NCBI GenBank assembly: GCA_001784175.1
Contig: MFPR01000028.1
Coordinates: 225,955-263,613 of the forward strand
Source of the DNA: Candidatus Lindowbacteria bacterium RIFCSPLOWO2_12_FULL_62_27
GTDB taxonomy: Bacteria > Lindowbacteria > 2-12-FULL-62-27
Length of the DNA stretch: 37,659 nt
Direction of reading: 5' to 3'
Below the pieces are notes generated by a model that had not been told where the DNA came from, made no database searches, and saw only the letters and a list, made by a program, of their open reading frames with translations. Shown one piece after another: positions 1 through 9,162 of this stretch; position 1 is the first letter of the stretch; each line of letters begins with the position of its first letter. The position numbers were made by a program, and so were the translations under genes.

Positions 1-127
1 GAACCTTGCCGTCCGGAATGTGGGCGAGCGGATGGAAGTCCGGGAGACACCGCTCTTGGAGATGCCGGCCGAATTGAAGAAGGTCTACGACGAAGTCGAG
101 ACCCCAAAAGCGGTCAAGGTTCCGTAG
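1..127 (+). CDS. sdhA: 3' end of probable succinate dehydrogenase/fumarate reductase flavoprotein subunit (partial)
   Basis: Frame 2 is open from the window edge (NLAVRNVGERMEVRETPLLEMPAELKKVYDEVETPKAVKVP*), with TAG at 125-127, 5 nt before the Fe-S subunit gene. Identity is inferred mainly from position. Confidence 0.55.
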   Translation, partial: NLAVRNVGERMEVRETPLLEMPAELKKVYDEVETPKAVKVP

Positions 128-132
128 CCTCG

Positions 133-867
133 ATGCCGGAACAACGATCCTTTCGAGTTTTCCGCGGGGACGCGGGTGGCGGCCAGATGAAGGAATACAC
201 GGTGGAAACAGGCCCGGGCATGGTCGTGCTGGACGCCGTCCATCAAATCCAGGCCACGCAGGCGCCGGACCTGGCCGTGCGGTGGAACTGCAAGGCCGCG
301 AAGTGCGGATCGTGCAGTGCGGAAGTGAACGGCAAGCCGAAACTGATGTGCAAGACGCGCCTGGACGATCTGCCGGCGGACCGACCGGTGGAGGTGCGGC
401 CGATGCGGACGTTTCCGTTGATCAAGGATCTGGTGACCGACGTTTCCTGGAATTATGAAGTGAACAAGAAGATCCCGCCGTTCACGCCGAAGCCGAACGG
501 CGAGTGGCGATGGATGCAGGAGGACGTGGACCGCGTGCAGGAGTTCCGGAAATGCATTGAGTGTTTCCTGTGCCAGAACGTCTGCCACGTGTTGCGGGAG
601 CATCAGAAGCAGCCCGAGTTTTTCGGCCCCCGTTTTTTTGTGCGCCTTGCCGCGCTGGAGATGCACCCGATGGACGCCGCGGACCGGCTGGACCTGACCC
701 ATCGGCAATCGGGGGTCGGGTACTGCAACATCACCAAGTGCTGTACGGAGGTCTGCCCGGAGGACATCCACATTACGGACAACGCGATCATCCCGCTGAA
801 GGAGCGCGTGGTGGACCGCTTTTACGATCCGGTCCGGCGACTCCTGCGGAAATTATTTCGGCGCTAA
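133..867 (+). CDS. sdhB: Succinate dehydrogenase/fumarate reductase iron-sulfur subunit
   Basis: 2Fe-2S motif CKAAKCGSC...C, 4Fe-4S motif CIECFLCQNVC, third cluster CNITKCCTEVCP, and PLIKDLVTD. Confidence 0.93.
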   Translation: MPEQRSFRVFRGDAGGGQMKEYTVETGPGMVVLDAVHQIQATQAPDLAVRWNCKAAKCGSCSAEVNGKPKLMCKTRLDDLPADRPVEVRPMRTFPLIKDLVTDVSWNYEVNKKIPPFTPKPNGEWRWMQEDVDRVQEFRKCIECFLCQNVCHVLREHQKQPEFFGPRFFVRLAALEMHPMDAADRLDLTHRQSGVGYCNITKCCTEVCPEDIHITDNAIIPLKERVVDRFYDPVRRLLRKLFRR

Positions 868-870
868 GGA

Positions 871-900
871 TTGACAATCATTCCTCAGGTTTTATAGGAT
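871..900 (+). promoter_or_regulatory. Putative sigma70 promoter for the response regulator-led gene run
   Basis: TTGACA (871-876), 18-nt spacer, TAGGAT (895-900), in an AT-rich intergenic patch. Confidence 0.5.
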
Positions 901-1062
901 ACGTGGTATTGGAAGGGCGTTCTATTCAAATTAGCTAAAAGTTCATAGCGACCACAACTTGGGAAGACATGGATCGAGCATCGGCGCGCCGCGCCGGATG
1001 CCAACGGAATCGATCATCCGACTGATCGAGCAGGGGAGATTTCTACACGGGAGGCGGGTTTC

Positions 1063-1533
1063 TTGGGCGGAAACAGCATTTTTGTCGTAGATGACGAACC
1101 GGACGTGCTTGAACTGGTCAAGGACCTGTTGACCATCAACCGGTACCGTGTGTGGACGTTCACGAGCGCCAAGGACATGATCGCGGGCCTGCGGGAGATC
1201 CGTCCGGACCTGATCGTACTGGACATCATGATGCCCGAGATGAACGGATACGAGCTGTGCAAGTTCATCAAAGGAAACGACAAGCTCAAAGGGATCAAAA
1301 TTTGTTTTCTTTCCGCCAAATCCGCGCCCGAAGACATTCAGAAGGGCAAGGAGATGGGCGCGGACGAATACATGACGAAACCTTTCGAAAACCGGAACAT
1401 GCTTGCGAAGATCAAGGCCCTCATCGGTTCGGCTTGGGAAGAGGCGGCCCCCAAACCCCGGGATGCAAAGCCGACCGCGTCGGTGATGACGACGAGCACG
1501 TTGAAGAAGCATAACGGCAACGGCATGATGTGA
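1063..1533 (+). CDS. Single-domain (CheY-like) response regulator with a short low-complexity tail
   Basis: VVDDE, LIVLDIMMPEMNG (phospho-Asp), LSA and GADEYMTKPF motifs. TTG start follows a GGGAGG RBS. No output domain. Confidence 0.9.
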   Translation: MGGNSIFVVDDEPDVLELVKDLLTINRYRVWTFTSAKDMIAGLREIRPDLIVLDIMMPEMNGYELCKFIKGNDKLKGIKICFLSAKSAPEDIQKGKEMGADEYMTKPFENRNMLAKIKALIGSAWEEAAPKPRDAKPTASVMTTSTLKKHNGNGMM

Positions 1534-2765
1534 CGTTTTTCCTCGCGCGCCGCTTCTTGTTTTCGCGCCACCGAAGCGGTTTCGTCCGGCTTCTGACCTA
1601 TCTCTCCATCGGCAGCGTCGGGCTGACGCTGGGCGCCTTCGTCATCGTGATGGCCGTGATGAACGGCTTTGACCGGGACCTTCAGGCGCGGATCATCTCG
1701 GGGACCGGCGCCGTGCGCGGGTTTCCACTGTCCGGATGGTTGAATTACACGGAAGACATTCAGCGCGCGGTTCTGGAGACGCCGGGCGTGACGAGCGCGT
1801 CGGCCGAGCTGCAGGTTTCCGGCCTGATGCGTCCGATTCCCGGCCGGCCCGGTCTTTCGGGACTGAGCGAAGCGGCCGTCACGGGGGTGGATGTATCGCA
1901 AAAGGCGCTCACCGGAACGCTTCGCCGTCAGTTGCAGGCGCAGTCTGTTTTTCCCGCCGACGAAGAAATCCTGCTGGGGTCCGCGCTGGCCGACAAGCTG
2001 GGCGTTGATCGTGGAGACAGTGTCGAGGCGATCCTGGCCATCCCGGCGTTGACGTCGAGCGCCCACGGTGGACCCGGTCCCATCGTCACCACGTGGCGTG
2101 TGAGCGGAACGTACCGGACCGGCTATTACGAATTTGACGCGAGCGGCGCGATCGTTCCGATCGGAACGCTGCGCCGGCATCTTGGGTTGTCCGATGATCT
2201 TGTTCACTCCGTAGAAATAGGCGTATCCGATCCCGGCGCCGCCGATGCCGTGAGCGCGAGACTGCAGGCGCGCCTGGGCGCGGAGGGCCTGTATTTTCGA
2301 AGCTGGCGCGAGATGCGGGAGCCTCTGTTTCGCGCGGTGCGGCTGGAAAAGCGTGTGATGGCCATCATTCTATTTCTGTTTGGTCTCGTATCGGTCTTCA
2401 GTGTCCTGTCGGCGTTGACCGCGACGGCGGTGGAAAAGCGCCGAGAGCTGGCCGCGCTGCGCGCGATGGGCCTTCCGCGGCGGCGCGTCGCCGGGCTGTT
2501 TCTGACGGCTGGCGGCATCTGCGGCGGCTTGGGCCTGCTGTTGGGCAGCGCCGTTGCGGCCGGCGGGCATCTGTTGATCACGAAGAGCGATCTCTTTCGG
2601 CTTCCCTCGGAGGTTTACGATCTCGACCGCCTGCCGTCGGAATGGTCGACCCCGCTGTACGTCTGTTCCGCGGCCATCTTGTTTGTTCTTTCGCTGGCGG
2701 CCGCAACCTTTCCCGCCCATGTGCAGTCCCGCAAGCCGCCCTCGGAGGCGCTGCGGGAAGAGTAG
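1530..2765 (+). CDS. LolC/LolE-family (MacB/FtsX-like) ABC transporter permease
   Basis: FFLARRFL, VIVMAVMNGF, large periplasmic domain, SWREM, LEKRVM, EKRRELAALRAMG, PSEVY..LP, PSEALR. GTG start overlaps the upstream stop. Confidence 0.88.
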   Translation: MTFFLARRFLFSRHRSGFVRLLTYLSIGSVGLTLGAFVIVMAVMNGFDRDLQARIISGTGAVRGFPLSGWLNYTEDIQRAVLETPGVTSASAELQVSGLMRPIPGRPGLSGLSEAAVTGVDVSQKALTGTLRRQLQAQSVFPADEEILLGSALADKLGVDRGDSVEAILAIPALTSSAHGGPGPIVTTWRVSGTYRTGYYEFDASGAIVPIGTLRRHLGLSDDLVHSVEIGVSDPGAADAVSARLQARLGAEGLYFRSWREMREPLFRAVRLEKRVMAIILFLFGLVSVFSVLSALTATAVEKRRELAALRAMGLPRRRVAGLFLTAGGICGGLGLLLGSAVAAGGHLLITKSDLFRLPSEVYDLDRLPSEWSTPLYVCSAAILFVLSLAAATFPAHVQSRKPPSEALREE

Positions 2766-2804
2766 GCCTCTTTCAAAACCGCCGGAGAGAAGATAAAAGG
2801 AATC

Positions 2805-3626
2805 ATGATGTCCGATTCGAGCAAGATCGAGGATGTTCAGGGCCAGGCAGACCAGCGAGGCGTGATGATCGAGCAAGTCGGCATTTCGGAGGTCAAACTG
2901 CCGATGGTGGTTCAGGACCGGGAGCGCGGCCGGCAGCAGGTGACGGCGACGATCCGGATTTCCGCGTCACTGTCGCCGGCCGAGCGCGGCACGCACATGA
3001 GCCGTTTTGTGGAGCTGCTGGACCGCTTCAAGAGCCGGCCGCTCAACCCGGAGATTCTGGAGGTGCTTCTGGAATCGGTGGTGGACCGCCTGGGCGCCGA
3101 GCGGTCGTATCTGGATGTTTCCTTTTTGTATTTTCGCACCAAGCGTTCGCCGCTGACCGCCGAGCCCGCGCTGATGGGTTACGCGTGCCGGCTGGGCGGC
3201 GACTGCGAGAAGAACGGGGAGAAGAAGTTCCGGAAGATCGTGGAGGCCGACGTGCCGATCCTCACGTTGTGTCCCTGTTCCAAGGCGATCTCGGAATTCG
3301 GCGCGCACAACCAGCGGACGCAGGTGAAGGCCGCCGTCGAGATGGCCGAGACCATCTGGATCGAGGAGCTCATTGACCTCGTCGAATCGGAGGGCAGTTC
3401 CGAAGTGTATCCGCTGCTGAAACGCCCGGACGAAAAATTCGTAACGGAAGCGTCCTACCGCAATCCCAAATTCGTCGAGGACGTGGTCCGGGACATCGCG
3501 CTGAAATTCGACGCCGATCCCCGCGTGGCCTCCTACAGGATCGAATGCGAGAGCCTCGAGTCGATCCACTCGCACAACGCCTACGCGATCATCTCCTCGG
3601 GCCCATTTCCGTGCTACTGGCGATAG
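2805..3626 (+). CDS. folE2: GTP cyclohydrolase IB (FolE2)
   Basis: EDVQ, RGTHMSRF, TLCPCSKAIS, GAHNQR, LLKRPDEKFVTE, NPKFVED, ESIHSHNAYA. Confidence 0.95.
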   Translation: MMSDSSKIEDVQGQADQRGVMIEQVGISEVKLPMVVQDRERGRQQVTATIRISASLSPAERGTHMSRFVELLDRFKSRPLNPEILEVLLESVVDRLGAERSYLDVSFLYFRTKRSPLTAEPALMGYACRLGGDCEKNGEKKFRKIVEADVPILTLCPCSKAISEFGAHNQRTQVKAAVEMAETIWIEELIDLVESEGSSEVYPLLKRPDEKFVTEASYRNPKFVEDVVRDIALKFDADPRVASYRIECESLESIHSHNAYAIISSGPFPCYWR

Positions 3627-3630
3627 CGTC

Positions 3631-4494
3631 CTGACCGTACCGATCGACCCCCGCCTGAGGCGCCTCGTACAGGAGGCGCTCCGGGAGGACGGTGCGCGCC
3701 AGGACATCACGTCCCGCGCGATTCCGTGGTCGATGCGGGCCGTCGCCGAAATCGTCGCCGAGCAGGACATGATCGTGAGCGGGACGGCGCCTGCCCTTAT
3801 GGCGTTTCGACTCTGCGATCCGCGGGTTCGCGTGTTGAAGTCCGTCCGTGACGGGCGTCGCGTCGGTCCGGGCCGGCCGATCCTTCGGGTGAAGGGCCGT
3901 GCGCGGTCGCTGCTGTCGGCGGAGCGAACCGCGCTGAATTTTCTCAGTCGACTCTGCGGCGTCGCGACGCTGACCCGGCGGTTTGTCGATGCGGTTCCGG
4001 CGGGCGCGCGCGCCCGCGCCCGCGCCCGCGCGCGGATTCTGGACACGCGCAAGACCACGCCGCTTCTCAGACATCTTGAAAAATCCGCCGTCGCGCATGG
4101 CGGCGGAAAGAACCATCGAATGACGCTGTCCGAGGCGGTCCTTCTGAAAGACAACCACGTTCTCCTTCTGGGCGGCGTTCTTCCGGCGATCCGGGCGGTC
4201 CGGCGCCGGCTTGGGAAGTCCGTCGAGATCGAAGTCGAAGTCAAATCTTTCGCCGAACTCCGGGAAGCGCTGTCCGAAGGCGCGGGCCGCGTTCTCCTGG
4301 ACAACATGACGGACCGTCAGGTCCGCCGCGCGATGCGGATGGTCGGAGGCCGCGCGAAGGTCGAGGTTTCCGGCGGCGTGGGTCTGGACCGAATTTCGAG
4401 GCTTGCGCGCCTGGGCGTCGATTACATTTCGGTGGGCGCACTCACGCACTCGGCGTTGGCCGCGAAGATATCGATGGACGTGCGGCGGGCGTAG
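3631..4494 (+). CDS. nadC: Nicotinate-nucleotide pyrophosphorylase (quinolinate phosphoribosyltransferase); start uncertain
   Basis: AERTALNFL, ILDTRKTTP, NHRM, LKDNH, EVEV, LLDNM, SGGV, VDYISVGALTHS. The conserved N-terminal ALRED...DITS lies in frame upstream of ATG 3733, so the start is moved to CTG 3631. Confidence 0.92.
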   Translation: MTVPIDPRLRRLVQEALREDGARQDITSRAIPWSMRAVAEIVAEQDMIVSGTAPALMAFRLCDPRVRVLKSVRDGRRVGPGRPILRVKGRARSLLSAERTALNFLSRLCGVATLTRRFVDAVPAGARARARARARILDTRKTTPLLRHLEKSAVAHGGGKNHRMTLSEAVLLKDNHVLLLGGVLPAIRAVRRRLGKSVEIEVEVKSFAELREALSEGAGRVLLDNMTDRQVRRAMRMVGGRAKVEVSGGVGLDRISRLARLGVDYISVGALTHSALAAKISMDVRRA

Positions 4495-4497
4495 ACC

Positions 4498-6015
4498 GTG
4501 TCGGTTTTCCGCGTGGACTCGGCGATTCTGACGGGCCTGGAGGTTCAGAGGATCGGCGTCGAGGTGGATGTCCGGCGGGGCCTGCCGAACTTCACGGTGG
4601 TCGGCCTGGCCAAGGACGCGGTACGTGAAAGCCGTGACCGCGTGATTGCCGCGATCAAGAACGCGGGGTATGAAATGCCGACGATGAAAGTCACCGTCAA
4701 TCTGACGCCCGTCACCATGAAAAAGGCGTCGTCGCATCTCGATCTGCCGATCGCCGCCGGCATCCTGATCGCCAGCCGGCAGATCCCGCCGCCTCCGGCC
4801 GGCGCGGTTTTTTTGGGCGAGTTGTCCCTCGACGGAACGCTGCGTCCCGCCGCCGGCGTCCTCGCGCTCCTCGACGGCCTGCGGGACGCCTCGGCGGTGG
4901 TCGTTCCGGAGGGAAATCTGGAGGAGGGCCGGTTGTTGAAGGAAACCGCGCGCCGCGTTCCGCCCATTCGGGGGCTTGCGCATCTGTCCGGTCTGGTGTA
5001 TCCGATCGAAAAACTGAAATCGGCGTCCGGCCGCCGTCGCCGGACACCGGAACCGCGGGACCGGCACGAAACAGATTTTTCCGAAATTCGCGGTCAGCAT
5101 CTCGCGCGCCGAGCCGCCGAGATTTCCGCCGCCGGCGGCCATCATCTGCTTCTCGTCGGCCCGCCGGGCACCGGCAAGTCGATGCTGGCGCAGCGTCTGC
5201 CGACGATTTTGCCGCCGCTGTCGACGCAGGAATCGCTCGAAGTCACGAAAATTTACAGCGTGGCCGGACTTCTGGACGAAACCCGCCGCCTCACCGTCCG
5301 GCCCTTCCGCGCGCCGCATCACACGCTGTCGGCCGTGGCGCTGATCGGCGGCGGCCCGACGAGTCTACCGGGGGAGATATCGCTGGCGCATGGCGGCGTG
5401 CTTTTTTTGGACGAATTCCCGGAGTTCCCCCGGTCGTGTCTCGAATCGTTGCGCCAGCCGCTCGAGGACCGGCGCGTGCAGATCAGCCGCGCCGCGGCCA
5501 AGGTGAGCTACCCGGCCGATTTCGTTCTGATCTGCGCCATGAATCCGTGCCCGTGCGGCTATCTGAACCATCCGACGCGCGCGTGCCGGTGCAGCGCGAT
5601 GGACATTCGGAAGTACCTGAACCGGGTGTCGGGCCCAATTCTCAACCGGATTGATCTGCATGTGGAACTTGCAGCGGAAAGCCCCGCCGTGATTCTTTCC
5701 GGCGCATCCGGCGAATCCAGCGACGGGATCCTCAAGCGCGTTCGGGCGGCGCGGGATCGCGCGGTGGCGCGAAACGGCGGGGAGGATCGCGTGAACGCGC
5801 GGCTGAGGCCGTCGGAGGTCCGCGCTCTGTGCCCGCTTTCGGACGAATGCCTCGCGATTCTTCAGGCCGCCCTTCGGAAGATGAATCTGTCTCCCCGTTC
5901 ACTGGAAAAAGTGATCAAGGTCTCGCGAACGATTTCGGATCTCGCGGGCGCCGCGGACATCCAGCCCGAGCACATTCTGGAAGCAGTACGGTATCGGGCC
6001 ATGGACCAGGCATAA
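4498..6015 (+). CDS. comM: YifB/ComM family Mg-chelatase-like AAA+ ATPase
   Basis: GLPNFTVVGL, ESRDRV, GELSLDG, Walker A GPPGTGKS, RPFRAPHH, PGEISLAHGGVLFLDE, AMNPCPCG. Confidence 0.93.
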   Translation: MSVFRVDSAILTGLEVQRIGVEVDVRRGLPNFTVVGLAKDAVRESRDRVIAAIKNAGYEMPTMKVTVNLTPVTMKKASSHLDLPIAAGILIASRQIPPPPAGAVFLGELSLDGTLRPAAGVLALLDGLRDASAVVVPEGNLEEGRLLKETARRVPPIRGLAHLSGLVYPIEKLKSASGRRRRTPEPRDRHETDFSEIRGQHLARRAAEISAAGGHHLLLVGPPGTGKSMLAQRLPTILPPLSTQESLEVTKIYSVAGLLDETRRLTVRPFRAPHHTLSAVALIGGGPTSLPGEISLAHGGVLFLDEFPEFPRSCLESLRQPLEDRRVQISRAAAKVSYPADFVLICAMNPCPCGYLNHPTRACRCSAMDIRKYLNRVSGPILNRIDLHVELAAESPAVILSGASGESSDGILKRVRAARDRAVARNGGEDRVNARLRPSEVRALCPLSDECLAILQAALRKMNLSPRSLEKVIKVSRTISDLAGAADIQPEHILEAVRYRAMDQA

Positions 6016-6018
6016 GAA

Positions 6019-9000
6019 TTGATCCGGCTGCATGTGCCGTCCACTGTGGCGCCGGCGGTGCTTTTCTGGGTGACGATGACCATGGGAAACGCATGGGCGT
6101 ATCCGGGACCCTATCCGGGTTCGCGGATCCTGGGTGGCGGGGGAGTCTGCGCGGTTTTCTCCGAATGTCCGGAACGGGTTACCGAGGATTTCGGGATCAC
6201 CCATTACTACGTGGACGATTACACAAACGACTATGTGCGGGCGGCCTACCTGAAATTTCGTGTCGGCGCCGAGTGGGAGCACGCCCTCGGAACGACGATG
6301 AGGAAGCGGCTGCGGAAGGATCTCATGTTGTCGGCCGGACCTTATTATACGACCACGGAGTTCCAATCGTTGAGCGACCCTGAGGTGCGCGTTACCTACC
6401 GCGTTTTTTCAACGCCGTCCGGGACCGTCGTTTTCGACGCGTCGGTTTTGAATCAGGGAACGAAGGCGAAGGAGGTGCGGATTCAGTCGGTGGTCAAATT
6501 CCGGATGCCGGCCGAGTTTGTTCATGCGACTCCGCCGGATTCTCCGGGGATGGCGGTGGCGGCGTTTAAAGCGACCCGCCTCGGCATCGCCTTTGTCGGA
6601 GGCCCCGCGACGATCGCGGCGCCGGCGACGCCGGATGCGTTTCCCGAGTTGTGCCGGGACCTCGAGATCCCGCCAGGTCAATCGCGGAATGTCCGGTTTG
6701 CGGTTATTCCACGGGTGCAGGAAGGCGGGGTGGCTCCGTCTTTCGGTGAGCTGACATGGGATGCCTGCCGGGATGCGTGGGACCGGTGGCTGTCATCCGG
6801 CGCCCGGTTGGTGGCGGCCGATTCGGCGCTTGGGTCGGCCTATGAAGCGGCCCTGATCGCGCTGGCGGCGACATCGCTGAACGGCGCCGTGCCCGCGGAC
6901 ATGACAGGCCAGTTCCTGACCGAAGGCCGTCCACAGCTCTATCCGCGGGACGCCCTCATGACGGCGCGGGCGCTCGCCGAAACCGGGCACTCGGATCTTG
7001 CGGCGCGGATTCTGGAATTTTGGAACGCGAAAATTCCGCAGAAATCGCGAGGCGAGTGGTACGCGCGGTATGACGCGTTCGCGCGGGCGACGCCCGGCGG
7101 CAGCGGCGCGGCCTTTGATGTGCCGGAGTGGGATTCGAACGGCTACTACGCGTCGCTCATGCTCCTGTTGTTCCAAAAAACGGGCCGATGGTTCGGTGAT
7201 TTCGAACTCATGAAGCAGCTTTTGGATTTTGTCGTTTCCAAACAGGGTCCCGACGGGCTCGTAAGAGAGGGCGGCATTGTCGAATGGGAAGGGTACCTCC
7301 CGGCGACGAACATGAACGTGGCGGCGGGTCTGCGGCACGGCGCGCTGATTTGCGAGATGCGCGGCGATGCGCGGCCGGCCGTGCGGTATCGTCGGGCGGC
7401 CGAGGCGATCGAACGCGGGCTCGATCGCATGTTCTCGCGGTCGCGCGGCTCCTACATGGACCTTCGGGATGATCGCGAGCAGTTCAACACCTCCGCCAAT
7501 TTTGGGTACGTGTGGGGCTATCCCGACCATCTGGAACTCGCCGCGACCAACGCCTGGTATGGGCGGCACACCGTTCAGCTCGGCGGGGGCGTGCAGTATT
7601 TCGAAGCCGAGGGTTACGGCACAGATATGTTTGGTTTCACCACGGCGGCCGCCGCCCAGTATCATTTTCTGGCGGGCGAACCGGACTTTGGCCGTCGGGC
7701 GGTCCGCTGGATGATGGAACATTCGAACGTTTACGGCATGATGCCCGAGCGGATTTTTTTCCCGGACGGCAAAGACGTGAGCCCCGCGTCTCCGCTGTCC
7801 TGGTGCAACGCGGAATTTGCAGTGGCGGCGATCACGGCGGCGCGGGTGGCGGACCCGTTGACCGGCGGTGACACGGATTACGCTCTCGGCCATCTGGCTG
7901 TGAGTTTGAAGGAGTTTCATCGAATTCTGGCTGCGATACCGCCGCGCGGTTCCACGTTTCGTGATCTTTTGGAGGCGGCAGAGGCCGGCACGTCGGCGAT
8001 TGGGGCGGCGGGCTCTGTGGAGACGCGTCTGCGGGAGTTTCGCGCCGCGCTGGATCGAATGGCGGCTCTGATGGAGCGCGGAAAGCGGAAAGAACCCTGC
8101 TTGGCGGATCTTGCGTTGTTGGCCGCGCGATTGAATGACATTTGCAACAGGGTCGTCGCCAATCTTTCGAGAGCGGAGCTGCTCGTCCTCGTTCCCGATC
8201 CCGTCGCGCCGCTGGGGCGGCCGGTTGAAATGTCCGTGGATTTGAGCGCGCGCGAGCATCTCGTCTGGACCCGGCTGGTGATTGAAGGAAAAGACGGCAA
8301 CGTCAAGCCGTTCCGGCAGGAGATGGGAGGAGAGGAAGGGCGCTCCGCGAAAGCTCTCCTGCGCGTTTCGTATGACGAAGGGAAGCCGCCGTACGAGACA
8401 AGCCTGCGGGTGTCCGCCGACGCGAACTGGATGGGAATTCCCTTCCGAATGGCGCGGACCGCCCTGATCCGGATCATCGACCGCTTCGACATCAAGACGA
8501 CCGAATCGGCCGGTGGCGTGCGATGGTCGGTTCAATCCAATCTCAAGACGCCCGGGCTGCATCTTGCGGTCGGCGCGCCGAAAGGGTGGAAGGCCAACCC
8601 CGTTACGCGCGCGGTGGGCGCCAAAGAGCAGTGGGAGTTCGACCTCGTTCCTTCAGCGGCGGTCCAGCCAGGATTCCATACGTTCCGTCTGACGGTTTCG
8701 GGGCCGATGAAGGAAAGCCGTACCGTGCGCGTGCCGTATCAAATGACGGTTGATTTACGCGGTTCGTGGGAATTCCGAACGGGAGACGATTCCAGTTGGG
8801 CTGACCCGGCCGTGGCGCCGGGAGGCTGGAAACCGATCGATGTGCCAAAGACGTGGGAGGACGGCGGATTCGCCGGATACGACGGCTTTGCGTGGTACCG
8901 GAAGGAGGTGGATATCCCGGCCGCTTGGCAGGGTCGGGAATTGGAGTTGGTTCTCGGCGCCGTGGACGATCAGGACTGGACGTTCTGGAACGGGCAACTG

Positions 9001-9159
9001 ATCGGACATTCAACCGTCTGGAACGCCGAGCGGAGATACCGAATCCCGCGCGGCGCGGTGCGGGCCGGCCGACCCAATCTGATTGCCATCCGTGTTCTGG
9101 ACTTGGTGTTCGGCGGCGGCGTGTGGAAACCGCCGGTGAGAATCGAGATGCTGCCGTGA
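6019..9159 (+). CDS. Secreted GH15-like (alpha/alpha)6-barrel glycoside hydrolase with a C-terminal galactose-binding-like jelly-roll domain
   Basis: Signal-like N-terminus ending AWA. GH15-like motifs LYPRDA, EWDSNGY, GMMPERI, ASPLSWCNAEF. C-terminal DLRGSWEFRTGDD..W..IDVP..WE..GYDGFAWYRK..LGAVDDQD..NG..RRYRIP..NLIAIRV. Confidence 0.7.
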   Translation: MIRLHVPSTVAPAVLFWVTMTMGNAWAYPGPYPGSRILGGGGVCAVFSECPERVTEDFGITHYYVDDYTNDYVRAAYLKFRVGAEWEHALGTTMRKRLRKDLMLSAGPYYTTTEFQSLSDPEVRVTYRVFSTPSGTVVFDASVLNQGTKAKEVRIQSVVKFRMPAEFVHATPPDSPGMAVAAFKATRLGIAFVGGPATIAAPATPDAFPELCRDLEIPPGQSRNVRFAVIPRVQEGGVAPSFGELTWDACRDAWDRWLSSGARLVAADSALGSAYEAALIALAATSLNGAVPADMTGQFLTEGRPQLYPRDALMTARALAETGHSDLAARILEFWNAKIPQKSRGEWYARYDAFARATPGGSGAAFDVPEWDSNGYYASLMLLLFQKTGRWFGDFELMKQLLDFVVSKQGPDGLVREGGIVEWEGYLPATNMNVAAGLRHGALICEMRGDARPAVRYRRAAEAIERGLDRMFSRSRGSYMDLRDDREQFNTSANFGYVWGYPDHLELAATNAWYGRHTVQLGGGVQYFEAEGYGTDMFGFTTAAAAQYHFLAGEPDFGRRAVRWMMEHSNVYGMMPERIFFPDGKDVSPASPLSWCNAEFAVAAITAARVADPLTGGDTDYALGHLAVSLKEFHRILAAIPPRGSTFRDLLEAAEAGTSAIGAAGSVETRLREFRAALDRMAALMERGKRKEPCLADLALLAARLNDICNRVVANLSRAELLVLVPDPVAPLGRPVEMSVDLSAREHLVWTRLVIEGKDGNVKPFRQEMGGEEGRSAKALLRVSYDEGKPPYETSLRVSADANWMGIPFRMARTALIRIIDRFDIKTTESAGGVRWSVQSNLKTPGLHLAVGAPKGWKANPVTRAVGAKEQWEFDLVPSAAVQPGFHTFRLTVSGPMKESRTVRVPYQMTVDLRGSWEFRTGDDSSWADPAVAPGGWKPIDVPKTWEDGGFAGYDGFAWYRKEVDIPAAWQGRELELVLGAVDDQDWTFWNGQLIGHSTVWNAERRYRIPRGAVRAGRPNLIAIRVLDLVFGGGVWKPPVRIEMLP

Positions 9160-9162
9160 ACC

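Noticed and set aside
969-1035. Short ORF, GC hairpin (978-1001) and GATCGAGCA repeat in the response regulator leader as a riboswitch or leader peptide
   Set aside because: No recognisable riboswitch consensus, terminator or regulatory codon run.
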